64,000 nt of DNA. Origin: an uncultured delta proteobacterium. Its GTDB lineage: Bacteria > Myxococcota_A > UBA9160 > SMWR01. Where the stretch lies: positions 416,001 to 480,000 of the forward strand of contig CAWHTE010000004.1 of the NCBI GenBank assembly GCA_963832165.1, written 5' to 3'. The translations under genes were made by a program, and so were the position numbers. This document shows positions 1-8,454 of the stretch, piece after piece. A model generated the notes under the pieces. The model worked only from the letters and a program-made list of their open reading frames with translations, had not been told where the DNA came from and searched no databases. Numbering within the stretch: position 1 is the first letter of the stretch; the number at the start of each line of letters is the position of its first letter.

Positions 1-1
1 G

Positions 2-484
2 ATCACCGACCTGGGCGGCACGCACAAGCTCTACATCGTGTTCCGGGGCCTCCCGATCGTGCCGCGGCTGTTCAACGTCAACTGGATCGACTTCAACGGC
101 GTCGGCATCAGCGCAGTGGACGTCGACCTCGACGGAGTGGACAACGAGCAGGACAACTGCGCGTTCGTCGCGAACGACCAGATCGACAGCGGCGGAATCA
201 ACGGCGCCACGCCTGACGGCATCGGCGACGCCTGCCAGTGCGGCGACGTCAGCGGCAACGGGATCGTGAACGGCCAGGACGCCAACGCGATCAAGCGCCA
301 CGGTCTCGGCGTGGAGCCGAACCCGGTCTTCGAGGTGCCGGGGAACTGCGACGTGACGGGCAATGGCTTGTGCAACGGACAGGACGCAGGCGCGCTGAAA
401 CGCGCCGTGCTGAGTCTCCCGTCGCCGACCTTCGGCGAGAAGTGCCACAACGCCACCGGGACGCCGATACCGCCGGGTCTGTGA
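2..484 (+). CDS. 5'-truncated, probably secreted carbohydrate-binding protein: end of a CBM6-like domain, then a thrombospondin type-3 repeat and a Cys-containing dockerin-like domain
   Basis: Frame is open from base 2. ITDLGGTHKLYIVFRG...LFNVNWIDF resembles a CBM6 C-terminus; DLDGVDNEQDNC...DGIGDAC is TSP3-like; there are two DVxGNGxxNGQD EF-hand-like repeats. Confidence 0.75.
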   Translation: MTDLGGTHKLYIVFRGLPIVPRLFNVNWIDFNGVGISAVDVDLDGVDNEQDNCAFVANDQIDSGGINGATPDGIGDACQCGDVSGNGIVNGQDANAIKRHGLGVEPNPVFEVPGNCDVTGNGLCNGQDAGALKRAVLSLPSPTFGEKCHNATGTPIPPGL

Positions 485-1761
485 GCGGCGATCGCAGCGG
501 GGAAGAGGAGAGCAGCCAGATGCGACGACGAAATCCTCGGTGCCGTTCCGCGACCGTGTGGGCGCTGTTCTGCGCACTCCTCGTCGCGGAGAGCGCGAGC
601 GCGCAGGGGCCGCGCGTGCTCGTCTACAGCGGCACATACGGGTTCCGACACGGATCGATCGACACCGCCAATGCGGAGATCCAGGAGATCGCCGACACCG
701 GTGCCTTCACGGTGGAATTCACCGAGGACCCCGCCGAGTTCACGCCGGCTCTCTACGCGAATTTCGACGTGATCTTCTGGCAGAACACGACCGGCGAGAT
801 CCCGCTCACCGCCGATCAGAAGGCCGACTACCTGCAGTTCCACCTGTGCGGCGGCGGCTACATGGGCGCGCATGCCTCGACCGATGCGAACTACGAATGG
901 GCCGACTACGGCGAGCTCGTGGGGGTCTACTTCTTCCAACACCCTCATCTGGGCTACTGCCAGGGCGACCTGCTGGCGCCCGAGTTCCCGTGCGAGGGCG
1001 ACGCGAACAACGACATCCCCGCCTTCGTGGGCGGCGACGCGACGCTGATCGTCGAAGACCAGGCGCATCCCGCGACCGCTCCGTGGCATGGCAGCCCCTC
1101 GTTTCGTTGGGCCGACGAGTACTACCTGTTCAGGGACCGCGACGGTGATCTGCTCAGCGCGGACCCGCGCGGCTACCAGGACGTGCACACGCTGATCGCG
1201 CTGGACGAGCTTTCCACGATGGCGCCGGTCGCGTATCCGCACCATCAGCCGCTCGCGTGGACGAAGACCTTCCGCGGCGAGGGGCGCGTCTTCTACACGA
1301 ACCTCGGCCACAACAAGTACACCTGGCGCGCTCCGGAGTTCCATGAGCACCTGCTCGGAGGGCTCGAATGGGTGGCGGCCGTGCGCCCCGATCCGCTGTG
1401 CGTGGCCGCGATCGGCGATCCGGATCTCGACGGCCTGCGCAACGCTTCGGACAACTGCCCGTTCGTCGCCAATGCGGGACAAGCAGACCGCGGCGGGATC
1501 AACACGACGACGCCCGACGGGATCGGCGATGCCTGCCAATGCGGCGACGTGACGGGCAACGGAATGGTGAATGGCCAGGACGCGAACGCGATCCGGCGTC
1601 ACGGCCTCGGTCTGGAGCCGAACCCGATCTTCATCGTCCCGGGCAACTGCGACGTGACCGGCAATGGCAACTGCAACGGACAGGACGCGAACGCGATCAA
1701 GCGCGTCGCGCTCGGACAGACGAGCCCGCAATTCGGACAGAACTGCCACAACGCCATCGGA
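119..1761 (+). repeat. Duplicated ~115-aa TSP3+dockerin module (copy 1: 119-460; copy 2: 1417-1761)
   Basis: Hand alignment gives about 85/115 identical residues, with all 6 Cys conserved. Confidence 0.9.
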
Positions 1762-1776
1762 GGGCCGTTCCGGTAA
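520..1776 (+). CDS. Secreted ThuA-like domain protein with C-terminal TSP3 + dockerin-like module
   Basis: GAGGAG RBS, ATG at 520, signal peptide (..ALLVAESASA). ThuA motifs VLVYSGTYGFRHGSI, GGGYMGAHAS, DEYY, GRVFYTNLGH. Same C-terminal module as the upstream gene. Confidence 0.85.
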   Translation: MRRRNPRCRSATVWALFCALLVAESASAQGPRVLVYSGTYGFRHGSIDTANAEIQEIADTGAFTVEFTEDPAEFTPALYANFDVIFWQNTTGEIPLTADQKADYLQFHLCGGGYMGAHASTDANYEWADYGELVGVYFFQHPHLGYCQGDLLAPEFPCEGDANNDIPAFVGGDATLIVEDQAHPATAPWHGSPSFRWADEYYLFRDRDGDLLSADPRGYQDVHTLIALDELSTMAPVAYPHHQPLAWTKTFRGEGRVFYTNLGHNKYTWRAPEFHEHLLGGLEWVAAVRPDPLCVAAIGDPDLDGLRNASDNCPFVANAGQADRGGINTTTPDGIGDACQCGDVTGNGMVNGQDANAIRRHGLGLEPNPIFIVPGNCDVTGNGNCNGQDANAIKRVALGQTSPQFGQNCHNAIGGPFR

Positions 1777-1810
1777 TCGAGGTGCCACCTGATGTGAGGC
1801 CGGTCGCCCC

Positions 1811-2302
1811 GTGATCGCTGGACTGGCGCATACCGGAGTCTGCGTCCCGAATCTCGCGGAAGCCGTCCGGTGGTACACCCAGGTCCTGGGGCTCGTCGTG
1901 CTCTCGCCTCCGGCCCGGATCGAGGGCCGCGCAATCGAAGCGGACATGGGCGAGATGATCCCGGGCATCGTGCTCCAGGCGGCGATCCTGGGCGTCGAGG
2001 GCTCCGGAGACCGCGTGCTCGAAGTGATCGAGTACCCGAAGCACCCGGGACGCCCGAAGCGAGAGGGCTGGGCTCTCACGGATCACGGCTTCTCGCACGT
2101 GGGCCTGGTCTGCGACGACGTTGCGGCGACCCGCGCGGAGCTCGAAGCACGGGGCGTGCGCTTCCTGACCCGCGGCACCGCGGAGATCACGGGGCTCAAG
2201 ACGACCTGGTTCGAAGACCCCTATGGCAACGTGTTCATCCTCATGGAGAAGGGCGCGGCGCAGCTACCGTACTTCCGGCAGTGGGCGGCAACCGCCCGGT
2301 AG
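1811..2302 (+). CDS. VOC (glyoxalase/bleomycin resistance) family protein
   Basis: LAHTGVCVPNL..AVRWY, LEVIEY, GFSHVGLVCDDV, WFEDPYGNVF. Confidence 0.85.
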   Translation: MIAGLAHTGVCVPNLAEAVRWYTQVLGLVVLSPPARIEGRAIEADMGEMIPGIVLQAAILGVEGSGDRVLEVIEYPKHPGRPKREGWALTDHGFSHVGLVCDDVAATRAELEARGVRFLTRGTAEITGLKTTWFEDPYGNVFILMEKGAAQLPYFRQWAATAR

Positions 2303-2314
2303 AAAGGAAATCAG

Positions 2315-3169
2315 GTGACGGATTCGTCGGCCTATACGCCTCCGAGAGTGTGGACGTGGGAGACCGAGAGCGGCGGGCGGTTCGCCAAGATCAATCGCCC
2401 GACCGCGGGAGCCACCCACGAGAAAGAGCTGCCGGTCGGTGAGCATCCCCTCCAGCTGTACTCGCTCGCGACACCGAATGGCGTCAAGGTCACCGTGCTG
2501 CTCGAGGAGCTCCTCGAGATCGGCCGGCCGGCCGAGTACGACGCCTACGTGGTCAACATCGGGACCGGGGATCAGTTCGGAAGCGGCTTCGTGGCGATCA
2601 ATCCGAACTCCAAGATCCCGGCGCTGCTCGATCGCAGCACGACGCCTCCGGCGCGCATCTTCGAATCCGGAGCGATCCTGCTCTACCTCGCGGAGAAGTT
2701 CGGCGCGTTCGTGCCCACGCAAACGCAGGCGAGTGCGCGCGCGGAGTGCCTGTCGTGGCTGTTCTGGCAGATGGGCGCCACTCCGTTCCTCGGCGGCGGC
2801 TTCGGCCACTTCTACGCCTACGCGCCCGAGAAGCTCGAGTACCCGATCAACCGCTACACGATGGAGGTCAAGCGCCAGCTCGACGTCCTCGATCGCCACC
2901 TCGCCGACCACCAGTTCCTCGTCGGCGGCGACTACACGATCGCGGACATGGCCGTCTGGCCGTGGTACGGCGGACTCGTGATCCACAACCTCTACGATGC
3001 GGAGATCTTCCTGGAGGCGAAGTCGTACAAGAACGTGCTGCGCTGGGCCCAGGAGATCCAGGAGCGCCCCGCGGTTCGCCGCGGCGAGCGCGTGAACAAG
3101 CCGTGGGGACCCGAAGAGCTGCGCGTGCCCGAGCGGCACTCTGCGCGCGATTTCGCGAAAGGAAAGTGA
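2315..3169 (+). CDS. yghU: Glutathione-dependent disulfide-bond oxidoreductase (GST, YghU type)
   Basis: YTPPRVWTW, INRPTAGATHEKELPVGEHPLQLYSLATPNGVKV, NPNSKIPAL, FESGAIL. Confidence 0.93.
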   Translation: MTDSSAYTPPRVWTWETESGGRFAKINRPTAGATHEKELPVGEHPLQLYSLATPNGVKVTVLLEELLEIGRPAEYDAYVVNIGTGDQFGSGFVAINPNSKIPALLDRSTTPPARIFESGAILLYLAEKFGAFVPTQTQASARAECLSWLFWQMGATPFLGGGFGHFYAYAPEKLEYPINRYTMEVKRQLDVLDRHLADHQFLVGGDYTIADMAVWPWYGGLVIHNLYDAEIFLEAKSYKNVLRWAQEIQERPAVRRGERVNKPWGPEELRVPERHSARDFAKGK

Positions 3170-3170
3170 C

Positions 3171-3692
3171 ATGGCGGTTTCCTTCTACGACACGAGCATC
3201 GGCACCTACCTCCAGACGCTCGGCGCCCTGGGCGGCGTCCTGGGGAAGGGCCGCGCGCACTGCGAGGCGAACGGCATCGACTTGAACGAGGTCGTGGAGA
3301 CGCGCCTGCATCCCGACATGCACCCGTTCCGCTTCCAGCTCTTCGCGGTGGAGCACATGACCGTCGGCGCGCTGAAGGGGCTCCAGACGGGCCGGTTCGG
3401 GCCGCCCGGGTCGCTGAAGGAGCTCGACTTCTCGGGCCTCCAGCAGCTCGTCGCGGATGCCCACGGCGAGCTCTCGAAGGTCTCGCGCGAGAGTGTGGAC
3501 GCGCTCGAGGGAAACCAGGTCACGTTCCAGATCGGCGACTTCAAGATGCCGTTCACGGCCGCGAACTTCGTGCTCTCGTTCACGCTGCCGAACCTCTTCT
3601 TCCACGCCACCACGGCCTACGACATGCTGCGCATGAAGGGCGTGCCGATCGGCAAGATCGACTTCCTGGGCCCGATGCGGATCGGGGTCTGA
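3171..3692 (+). CDS. DUF1993 family protein
   Basis: RLHPDMHPF..Q, LPNLFFHATTAYDMLR..GVPIGKIDFLG. Confidence 0.9.
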   Translation: MAVSFYDTSIGTYLQTLGALGGVLGKGRAHCEANGIDLNEVVETRLHPDMHPFRFQLFAVEHMTVGALKGLQTGRFGPPGSLKELDFSGLQQLVADAHGELSKVSRESVDALEGNQVTFQIGDFKMPFTAANFVLSFTLPNLFFHATTAYDMLRMKGVPIGKIDFLGPMRIGV

Positions 3693-3693
3693 G

Positions 3694-5184
3694 GTGGCCC
3701 GCTTCGACAGCATCCTGGGCACGATCGGGCGCACGCCGGTCGTGCGCATCAACAAGCTCGCGCCCGAACACGTGAACCTCTACGTGAAGATCGAGGCCTT
3801 CAACCCGATGGGCTCGGTGAAGGACCGGCTCGCGCTCGGCGTGATCGAGGACGCCGAGCGCAGCGGGAAGCTCTCGCCGGGCCAGACCGTGGTGGAGGCG
3901 ACCAGCGGCAATACGGGCATCGGGCTCGCGATGGTGTGCGCGCAGAAGGGCTACCCGCTCGTCGTGACGATGGCGGAGAACTTCTCCGTCGAGCGGCGCA
4001 AGATGATGCGCTTCCTGGGCGCGAAGGTGGTGCTGACTCCCGCGGCGCAGAAGGGCAGCGGCATGCTCGCGAAGGCGGTCGAGCTCGCCGAGACGCACGG
4101 CTGGTTCCTGTGCCGGCAGTTCGAGAACGAGGCGAACGCCGACATGCACAGCCGCACCACGGCGCCCGAGATCCTCGCCGACTTCGCGGGAGACCGGCTC
4201 GACTACTTCGTCACGGGCTACGGCACGGGCGGGACGCTCAAGGGCGTGGCGCGCGTGCTGCGCGTGGAACGGCCCGACACGCAGGTGGTGGTCTGCGAGC
4301 CCGACAACGTTCCGATCCTGTCGAGCGGCATCCCGCAGCCGCGCGCCTCGGACGGCGCGCCCGCGGGCAGCCATCCGAGCTTCCGCCCGCACGTGATGCA
4401 GGGCTGGACGCCCGACTTCATCCCGAAGCTCACCGAAGATGCCGTGACGATGAAGCTGATCGACCGGATCCTGCCCGTGAACGGCGCGGATGCGATGCGC
4501 TGCTCGCGCCAGCTCGCGCAGGAGGAGGGGATCTTCGTCGGGATCACGGCGGGCGCCACGTTTGCCGGGGCGCTCCAGGTCTGCGCGGACGCGCCACCGG
4601 GCGCGAACGTGCTGTGCATGCTGCCCGACACCGCGGAGCGCTACCTCTCCACGCCGCTGTTCGCGGACGTGCCCGCCGAGATGACCGATGAAGAGATGCT
4701 GATCTCGGTCTCGACGCCGAACTACCGCTTCGACGTGAGCACGCCCGCACCGCCGCCCGCGCAGAGCGCGAGCGCACCGCCTGCCGTCGAGGCCGACGCG
4801 ACCGCGTTCGTCGCGGACGTCGTGGGCGATCGCGCGCAGCCCGTCGTGATGTTCGCGCTCGAGTGGTGCGAGTTCTGCTGGTCGGTACGGCGTCTGTTCG
4901 GCAAGTACAAGATCCCGTACCGATCGATCGACCTCGATTCGGTCGAATACCAGCAGGGTGACCGCGGCGGCAAGATCCGCGCCGCGCTCACCGCGCGCAC
5001 ACAGGTCGCGACGATCCCGCAGATCTTCGTGGGCGGCGAGCTGATCGGCGGCGCTACCGACGTGCTCCAGGCAGCGAAGGACGGGCGGCTCCAGAGGCTG
5101 CTCGAAGCGAGTCACGTCGCGTTCGACCCCGCGGTCGGCGACGAGCCGCTGTCGTTCCTGCCGGGCTGGCTGCACCCGCGCTAG
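3694..5184 (+). CDS. cysK: Cysteine synthase A fused to a C-terminal glutaredoxin domain
   Basis: IGRTPVV, NPMGSVKDR (PLP Lys), EATSGNTG, GTGGT, LPDTAERYLST. A Pro/Ala linker is followed by WCEFC..TIPQIFVGGELIGG (Grx). Confidence 0.93.
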   Translation: MARFDSILGTIGRTPVVRINKLAPEHVNLYVKIEAFNPMGSVKDRLALGVIEDAERSGKLSPGQTVVEATSGNTGIGLAMVCAQKGYPLVVTMAENFSVERRKMMRFLGAKVVLTPAAQKGSGMLAKAVELAETHGWFLCRQFENEANADMHSRTTAPEILADFAGDRLDYFVTGYGTGGTLKGVARVLRVERPDTQVVVCEPDNVPILSSGIPQPRASDGAPAGSHPSFRPHVMQGWTPDFIPKLTEDAVTMKLIDRILPVNGADAMRCSRQLAQEEGIFVGITAGATFAGALQVCADAPPGANVLCMLPDTAERYLSTPLFADVPAEMTDEEMLISVSTPNYRFDVSTPAPPPAQSASAPPAVEADATAFVADVVGDRAQPVVMFALEWCEFCWSVRRLFGKYKIPYRSIDLDSVEYQQGDRGGKIRAALTARTQVATIPQIFVGGELIGGATDVLQAAKDGRLQRLLEASHVAFDPAVGDEPLSFLPGWLHPR

Positions 5185-5200
5185 CGATAGCGCTGGCGGT

Positions 5201-5659
5201 TCAGCGCACCTCGAACTCGCGTGTGCCCGCCGGCTTCCCGTCCAGCGCGATCTCCACGCGGTAGCGGCCCGCAGGCCATCCGTCCGCCTTGGCGATGTGG
5301 AACTCGGTGGCGGCGGCGCGGTCGGAAGCGGCGACCGTCTGGCTGTTCTCGTTGACGAGCTGGCCGTCCTCGAACGTCCAGCGCGCACTCAGCTTGGCCG
5401 CGGGCGCGTTGTCGGTCACGACCGTCGCGTAGATCGTGTCGCTGGGGGAGAAGGTCGTCTTCTCCGCGCCCGGAGCGACGCGTCCGTCGTCGGTCAGCGC
5501 GCTGCCGAGCTCGATCCCCGTCACGCGAGCGGCGGCTGCCGGGGCCGACGGAGCCGAGACGGCCGGCGGTTGTGCGGGCGTCGTCGAGCTTCCGGTGCGG
5601 TCGCACGCCGCGGTCGAAAACGAGATCAGGAGCAACACGACGAGATTCAGCTTTCGCAT
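5201..5659 (-). CDS. Hypothetical lipoprotein (beta-rich domain)
   Basis: Hydrophobic N-terminus ending TAAC, Pro/Ala linker, TTFSPSDTIYATV...WPAGRYRVEI. Confidence 0.75.
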   Translation of the reverse strand: MRKLNLVVLLLISFSTAACDRTGSSTTPAQPPAVSAPSAPAAAARVTGIELGSALTDDGRVAPGAEKTTFSPSDTIYATVVTDNAPAAKLSARWTFEDGQLVNENSQTVAASDRAAATEFHIAKADGWPAGRYRVEIALDGKPAGTREFEVR

Positions 5660-5675
5660 GATGGCCTCCGTCGAC

Positions 5676-5930
5676 CTACAGGGACTTCTGGGCCGCAGGG
5701 ATCTTGAGCTTCTGACCCGGTCGGATCAGATCGGGATCCTCGATCTGGTCGCGGTTCGCTTCGAAGATCTTCTGCCAGCGGTTGCCGTCTCCGTAGAAGC
5801 GCTTTGCGATCTTGGACAGGCTGTCGCCCGTCGCGACCGTGTACCACTGATCCTGCGCGGTCTCGCCCGAAACGGGCCGAGTCGACGAGCCGGACTTCAC
5901 GTTCGAGAAGTCGGGGCGGTCCTTCGCCAT
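5676..5930 (-). CDS. Small LysM domain protein
   Basis: YTVATGDSLSKIAKRFYGDGNRWQKIFEAN...DPDLIRPGQKLKIP; GGAGG RBS. Confidence 0.92.
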   Translation of the reverse strand: MAKDRPDFSNVKSGSSTRPVSGETAQDQWYTVATGDSLSKIAKRFYGDGNRWQKIFEANRDQIEDPDLIRPGQKLKIPAAQKSL

Positions 5931-6008
5931 GGTCACCTCCCATAGCCCCCCGACCAGAACCAGGATAGGTCTGGATGGCGATCCGCGAAACCGCCGTCCG
6001 AATAGTCG

Positions 6009-7187
6009 TCAGGCGCGGTCGAAGCGGATCGGCAACCGCGTCGGGCCGTGCACGTGGAACGCGCGGCGTGGCTCCCACGCGTCCGTCGCGAGCTCGAAGC
6101 TCTTCACGCGCGCGAGCAGGTCGCCGAGCGCGATGCGCGCCTCCAGGCGGGCGAGCGCGGCGCCGAGGCAGAAGTGGATGCCGTGGCCGAACGCGATGTG
6201 CGGATTGGGGTCGCGTGCGACGTCGAACCGATCGGGTTCCGAGAATTGCGACGCGTCGCGGTTCGCAGCGCCGATCACCGCGAGCACGAGCACGCCGGCC
6301 GGGATCCGTCGGCCGTGCAGCTCGACCGCGCGCTTCGTCATGCGGAACACGGCCTGGATCGGCGTGCGGTAGCGCAACACCTCTTCGATCGCGGACGGGA
6401 GCAGGCTGGGCTCCGCGCGCACGCGCGCGAGCTGCGCGGGGTGCTCGGCGAAGCACAGGACCGCGTTGCCGATCAGGTTCGTGGTCGTCTCGCTGCCCGC
6501 CACGAGCAGCAGCTGGAAGAACGCCAGGATCTCTTCTTCCGTGAGTCTCGTGCCGTCGATCTCGGCCGCGGCCAGTCGCGTCAGCAGATCGTCCTGGGGC
6601 GCGCGGCGGCGCGCTTCGAGCAATTCCGCGAGGTAGGGGCGCATCTCCGCGGCGGCCTTTCGAAATTCGCGCACGGCGTGCTCTGCAGCAGCGCCCCCGG
6701 CCGCGATCGTGTCGGACAGACCCAGGATCACCTCGCTCCAGCGCCGGAACTGCGGCCGGTCCGCGCTCGGGATCCCGATCAGCTCCGCGATCACGAGCAG
6801 CGGCAGCGGAATCGAGAAATCCGCGCACAGGTCCATCTGTCCGAGCGGGGTCACGGGGTCGAGCAGCTCGCGCGCGAGCTGCGCGATGCGCGGCTCGAGC
6901 GCCGCCACCGCGCGCGGCGTGAACGCGCGCAAGATCAGCGCGCGCAGCTGCGCGTGGCGCGGCGGGTCCTGGAAGATCAGCCACTCGAGCGGCGCGCCTC
7001 CATCGGCCGACGCGCGCGAGCTCCAGGTGTCGTGGTCGTGGAGCGCGCTCTTCACGCCCTCGTAGTCGAGGATCAGCCAGAGACCGGTCGTCGCGTCGTG
7101 ATGGACCGGTGAGCGGCGCAGCTCGGCGTACACGGGATAAGGATTGCGGCGGCCCTCGGCACCGAGCAGCTGCAGCAGCGCCGTCAC
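6009..7187 (-). CDS. Cytochrome P450
   Basis: GTG start overlaps the upstream stop (GTGA). DPPRHAQLR, AGSETT (I-helix), EVLR (ExxR), FGHGIHFCLG (heme Cys). Confidence 0.95.
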   Translation of the reverse strand: MTALLQLLGAEGRRNPYPVYAELRRSPVHHDATTGLWLILDYEGVKSALHDHDTWSSRASADGGAPLEWLIFQDPPRHAQLRALILRAFTPRAVAALEPRIAQLARELLDPVTPLGQMDLCADFSIPLPLLVIAELIGIPSADRPQFRRWSEVILGLSDTIAAGGAAAEHAVREFRKAAAEMRPYLAELLEARRRAPQDDLLTRLAAAEIDGTRLTEEEILAFFQLLLVAGSETTTNLIGNAVLCFAEHPAQLARVRAEPSLLPSAIEEVLRYRTPIQAVFRMTKRAVELHGRRIPAGVLVLAVIGAANRDASQFSEPDRFDVARDPNPHIAFGHGIHFCLGAALARLEARIALGDLLARVKSFELATDAWEPRRAFHVHGPTRLPIRFDRA

Positions 7188-8404
7188 TCCAGCACACCGC
7201 CCGCGCGCAGGCGCGTGATCTCCGCGGTGTCGAGGTGGAGCACGTCGCGCAGGATCGCGTCGGTGTGCTCGCCGATCAGCGGGCCGCAGTGCGTGTACCC
7301 GCCCGGTCCCTCGCTCAGGCGAAATCCCGCGCGCTCGGCGAGCAGTGCTCCGAGGTGCGGGTGCTGCGTGGCGATCCAGTGCCCGCGGTGCGCGAGCTGC
7401 GGATCCTCGAGCACATCCGACTCGCGCTGCACGACGCCGGCCGGCACGCCCGCGGCCTGGAGCCGCTCCATGAGCGGGTAGGGCTCGTGCGCGCGCGTCC
7501 AGTCGGCGATGCGCGCGTCGATCGCATCGCGCGTGGCGAGTCGGCCCGCAAGCGAGTCGAATGCGTCGTCGCGCGCCCAGGCGGGATCGCCCAGCTGCGC
7601 GCGCAGGGCGCTCCACTCCGCGTCGCTCGTGACCGCGATCGCGATCCAGCGGTCCTCGCCCGCGCACGGGTAGATGTTGTGCGGGCAGGCGTGGTCGTCG
7701 GTGTTGCCCTGCCGTGTCACGATCTCGCCGTTCGCGGAGAAGCGCGCGATCACCTCCGACTGGCAGTACACCGCGGTCTCGATCTGCGCGATGTCGATCG
7801 AGCGGCCGCGCCCGGTGCGCTGGCGCTCGAAGAGCGCTCCTGCGATCGCGAGCGCGACGAAGCGCGGCGCGAGCGAGTCCGTGATCGTGTGCGCGGGGCC
7901 GACCGCCTCGCGGTCGGGCCAGCCCGTGAGATGGTTGAAGCCCGAGATCGCCGATCCCTGGCCGCCGAACCCCGGATACGAGCGCTGCGAGCCGGTCTGG
8001 CCGAACAAGCAGGCGGAGACGCACACGAGCGCGGGCTTCTCGCGGCGCAGCGACGCGGCGTCGAGCCCCCAGCGCTCCATCGGCCCCGGCGCGAAGTTCT
8101 CGGACACGACGTCGGCCCACTCGAGCGCGAGCCGCTTCACGAGCGCGATGCCCTCGGGCTCGCGCAAGTTCACCGAAAGGCTCTCCTTGTCGGGGTTGAG
8201 CAGGTGGAACATCGGCGAGCCGTCGAGGCCGTGCGCGGCCCCGGGCGTCAGCCACAAGATGCGCAGGAAGTCGGGCGCCTTCGCGGACTCGATCCGGATC
8301 ACGCGCGCGCCGTGCTCGGCGAAATAGCGCGTGGCGACCGGGCCCGCGGCGCCCGCGCCGAGCTCGAGCATGTTCACGCCTTCGAAGATTCGTTTGGAAT
8401 CCAC
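7184..8404 (-). CDS. Family III (CaiB/BaiF) CoA-transferase, likely catalytic subunit
   Basis: AGPVATRYFAEHGARVIRIES, ADVVSENFAPG, FGQTG, GPAHTITD (Asp at the catalytic position). Confidence 0.9.
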   Translation of the reverse strand: MDSKRIFEGVNMLELGAGAAGPVATRYFAEHGARVIRIESAKAPDFLRILWLTPGAAHGLDGSPMFHLLNPDKESLSVNLREPEGIALVKRLALEWADVVSENFAPGPMERWGLDAASLRREKPALVCVSACLFGQTGSQRSYPGFGGQGSAISGFNHLTGWPDREAVGPAHTITDSLAPRFVALAIAGALFERQRTGRGRSIDIAQIETAVYCQSEVIARFSANGEIVTRQGNTDDHACPHNIYPCAGEDRWIAIAVTSDAEWSALRAQLGDPAWARDDAFDSLAGRLATRDAIDARIADWTRAHEPYPLMERLQAAGVPAGVVQRESDVLEDPQLAHRGHWIATQHPHLGALLAERAGFRLSEGPGGYTHCGPLIGEHTDAILRDVLHLDTAEITRLRAGGVLE

Positions 8405-8454
8405 CCGATGGGCTTCGCTCGCCTGCGGCTCGCTGCGCGCGGCCTGCGGCCGCT
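8401..8454 (-). repeat. REP-like intergenic element, copy 1
   Basis: Minus strand of 8401-8439 matches 18148-18186 at 36/39 nt; contains GCC-GNA-GGC mini-hairpins. Confidence 0.85.

Noticed and set aside
1785..1794. CCACCTGATG matching the end of the REP-like element
   Set aside because: Only 10 nt and lacks the hairpin core; could be chance.
31..2079. Long antisense or alternate-frame ORFs (also 8331-10973, 29047-31407, 40342-42963, 43170-45716, 57272-59566)
   Set aside because: Arg/Ala/Pro-rich shadows of real genes, expected at this GC content, with no family motifs.
6009..8255. 748-aa P450 with a long N-terminal extension
   Set aside because: The extension overlaps the CoA-transferase in another frame; the real start is the GTG at 7187. 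The same artefact inflates ORFs 13018-14775, 32355-33851, 33251-34789 and 58909-60687.
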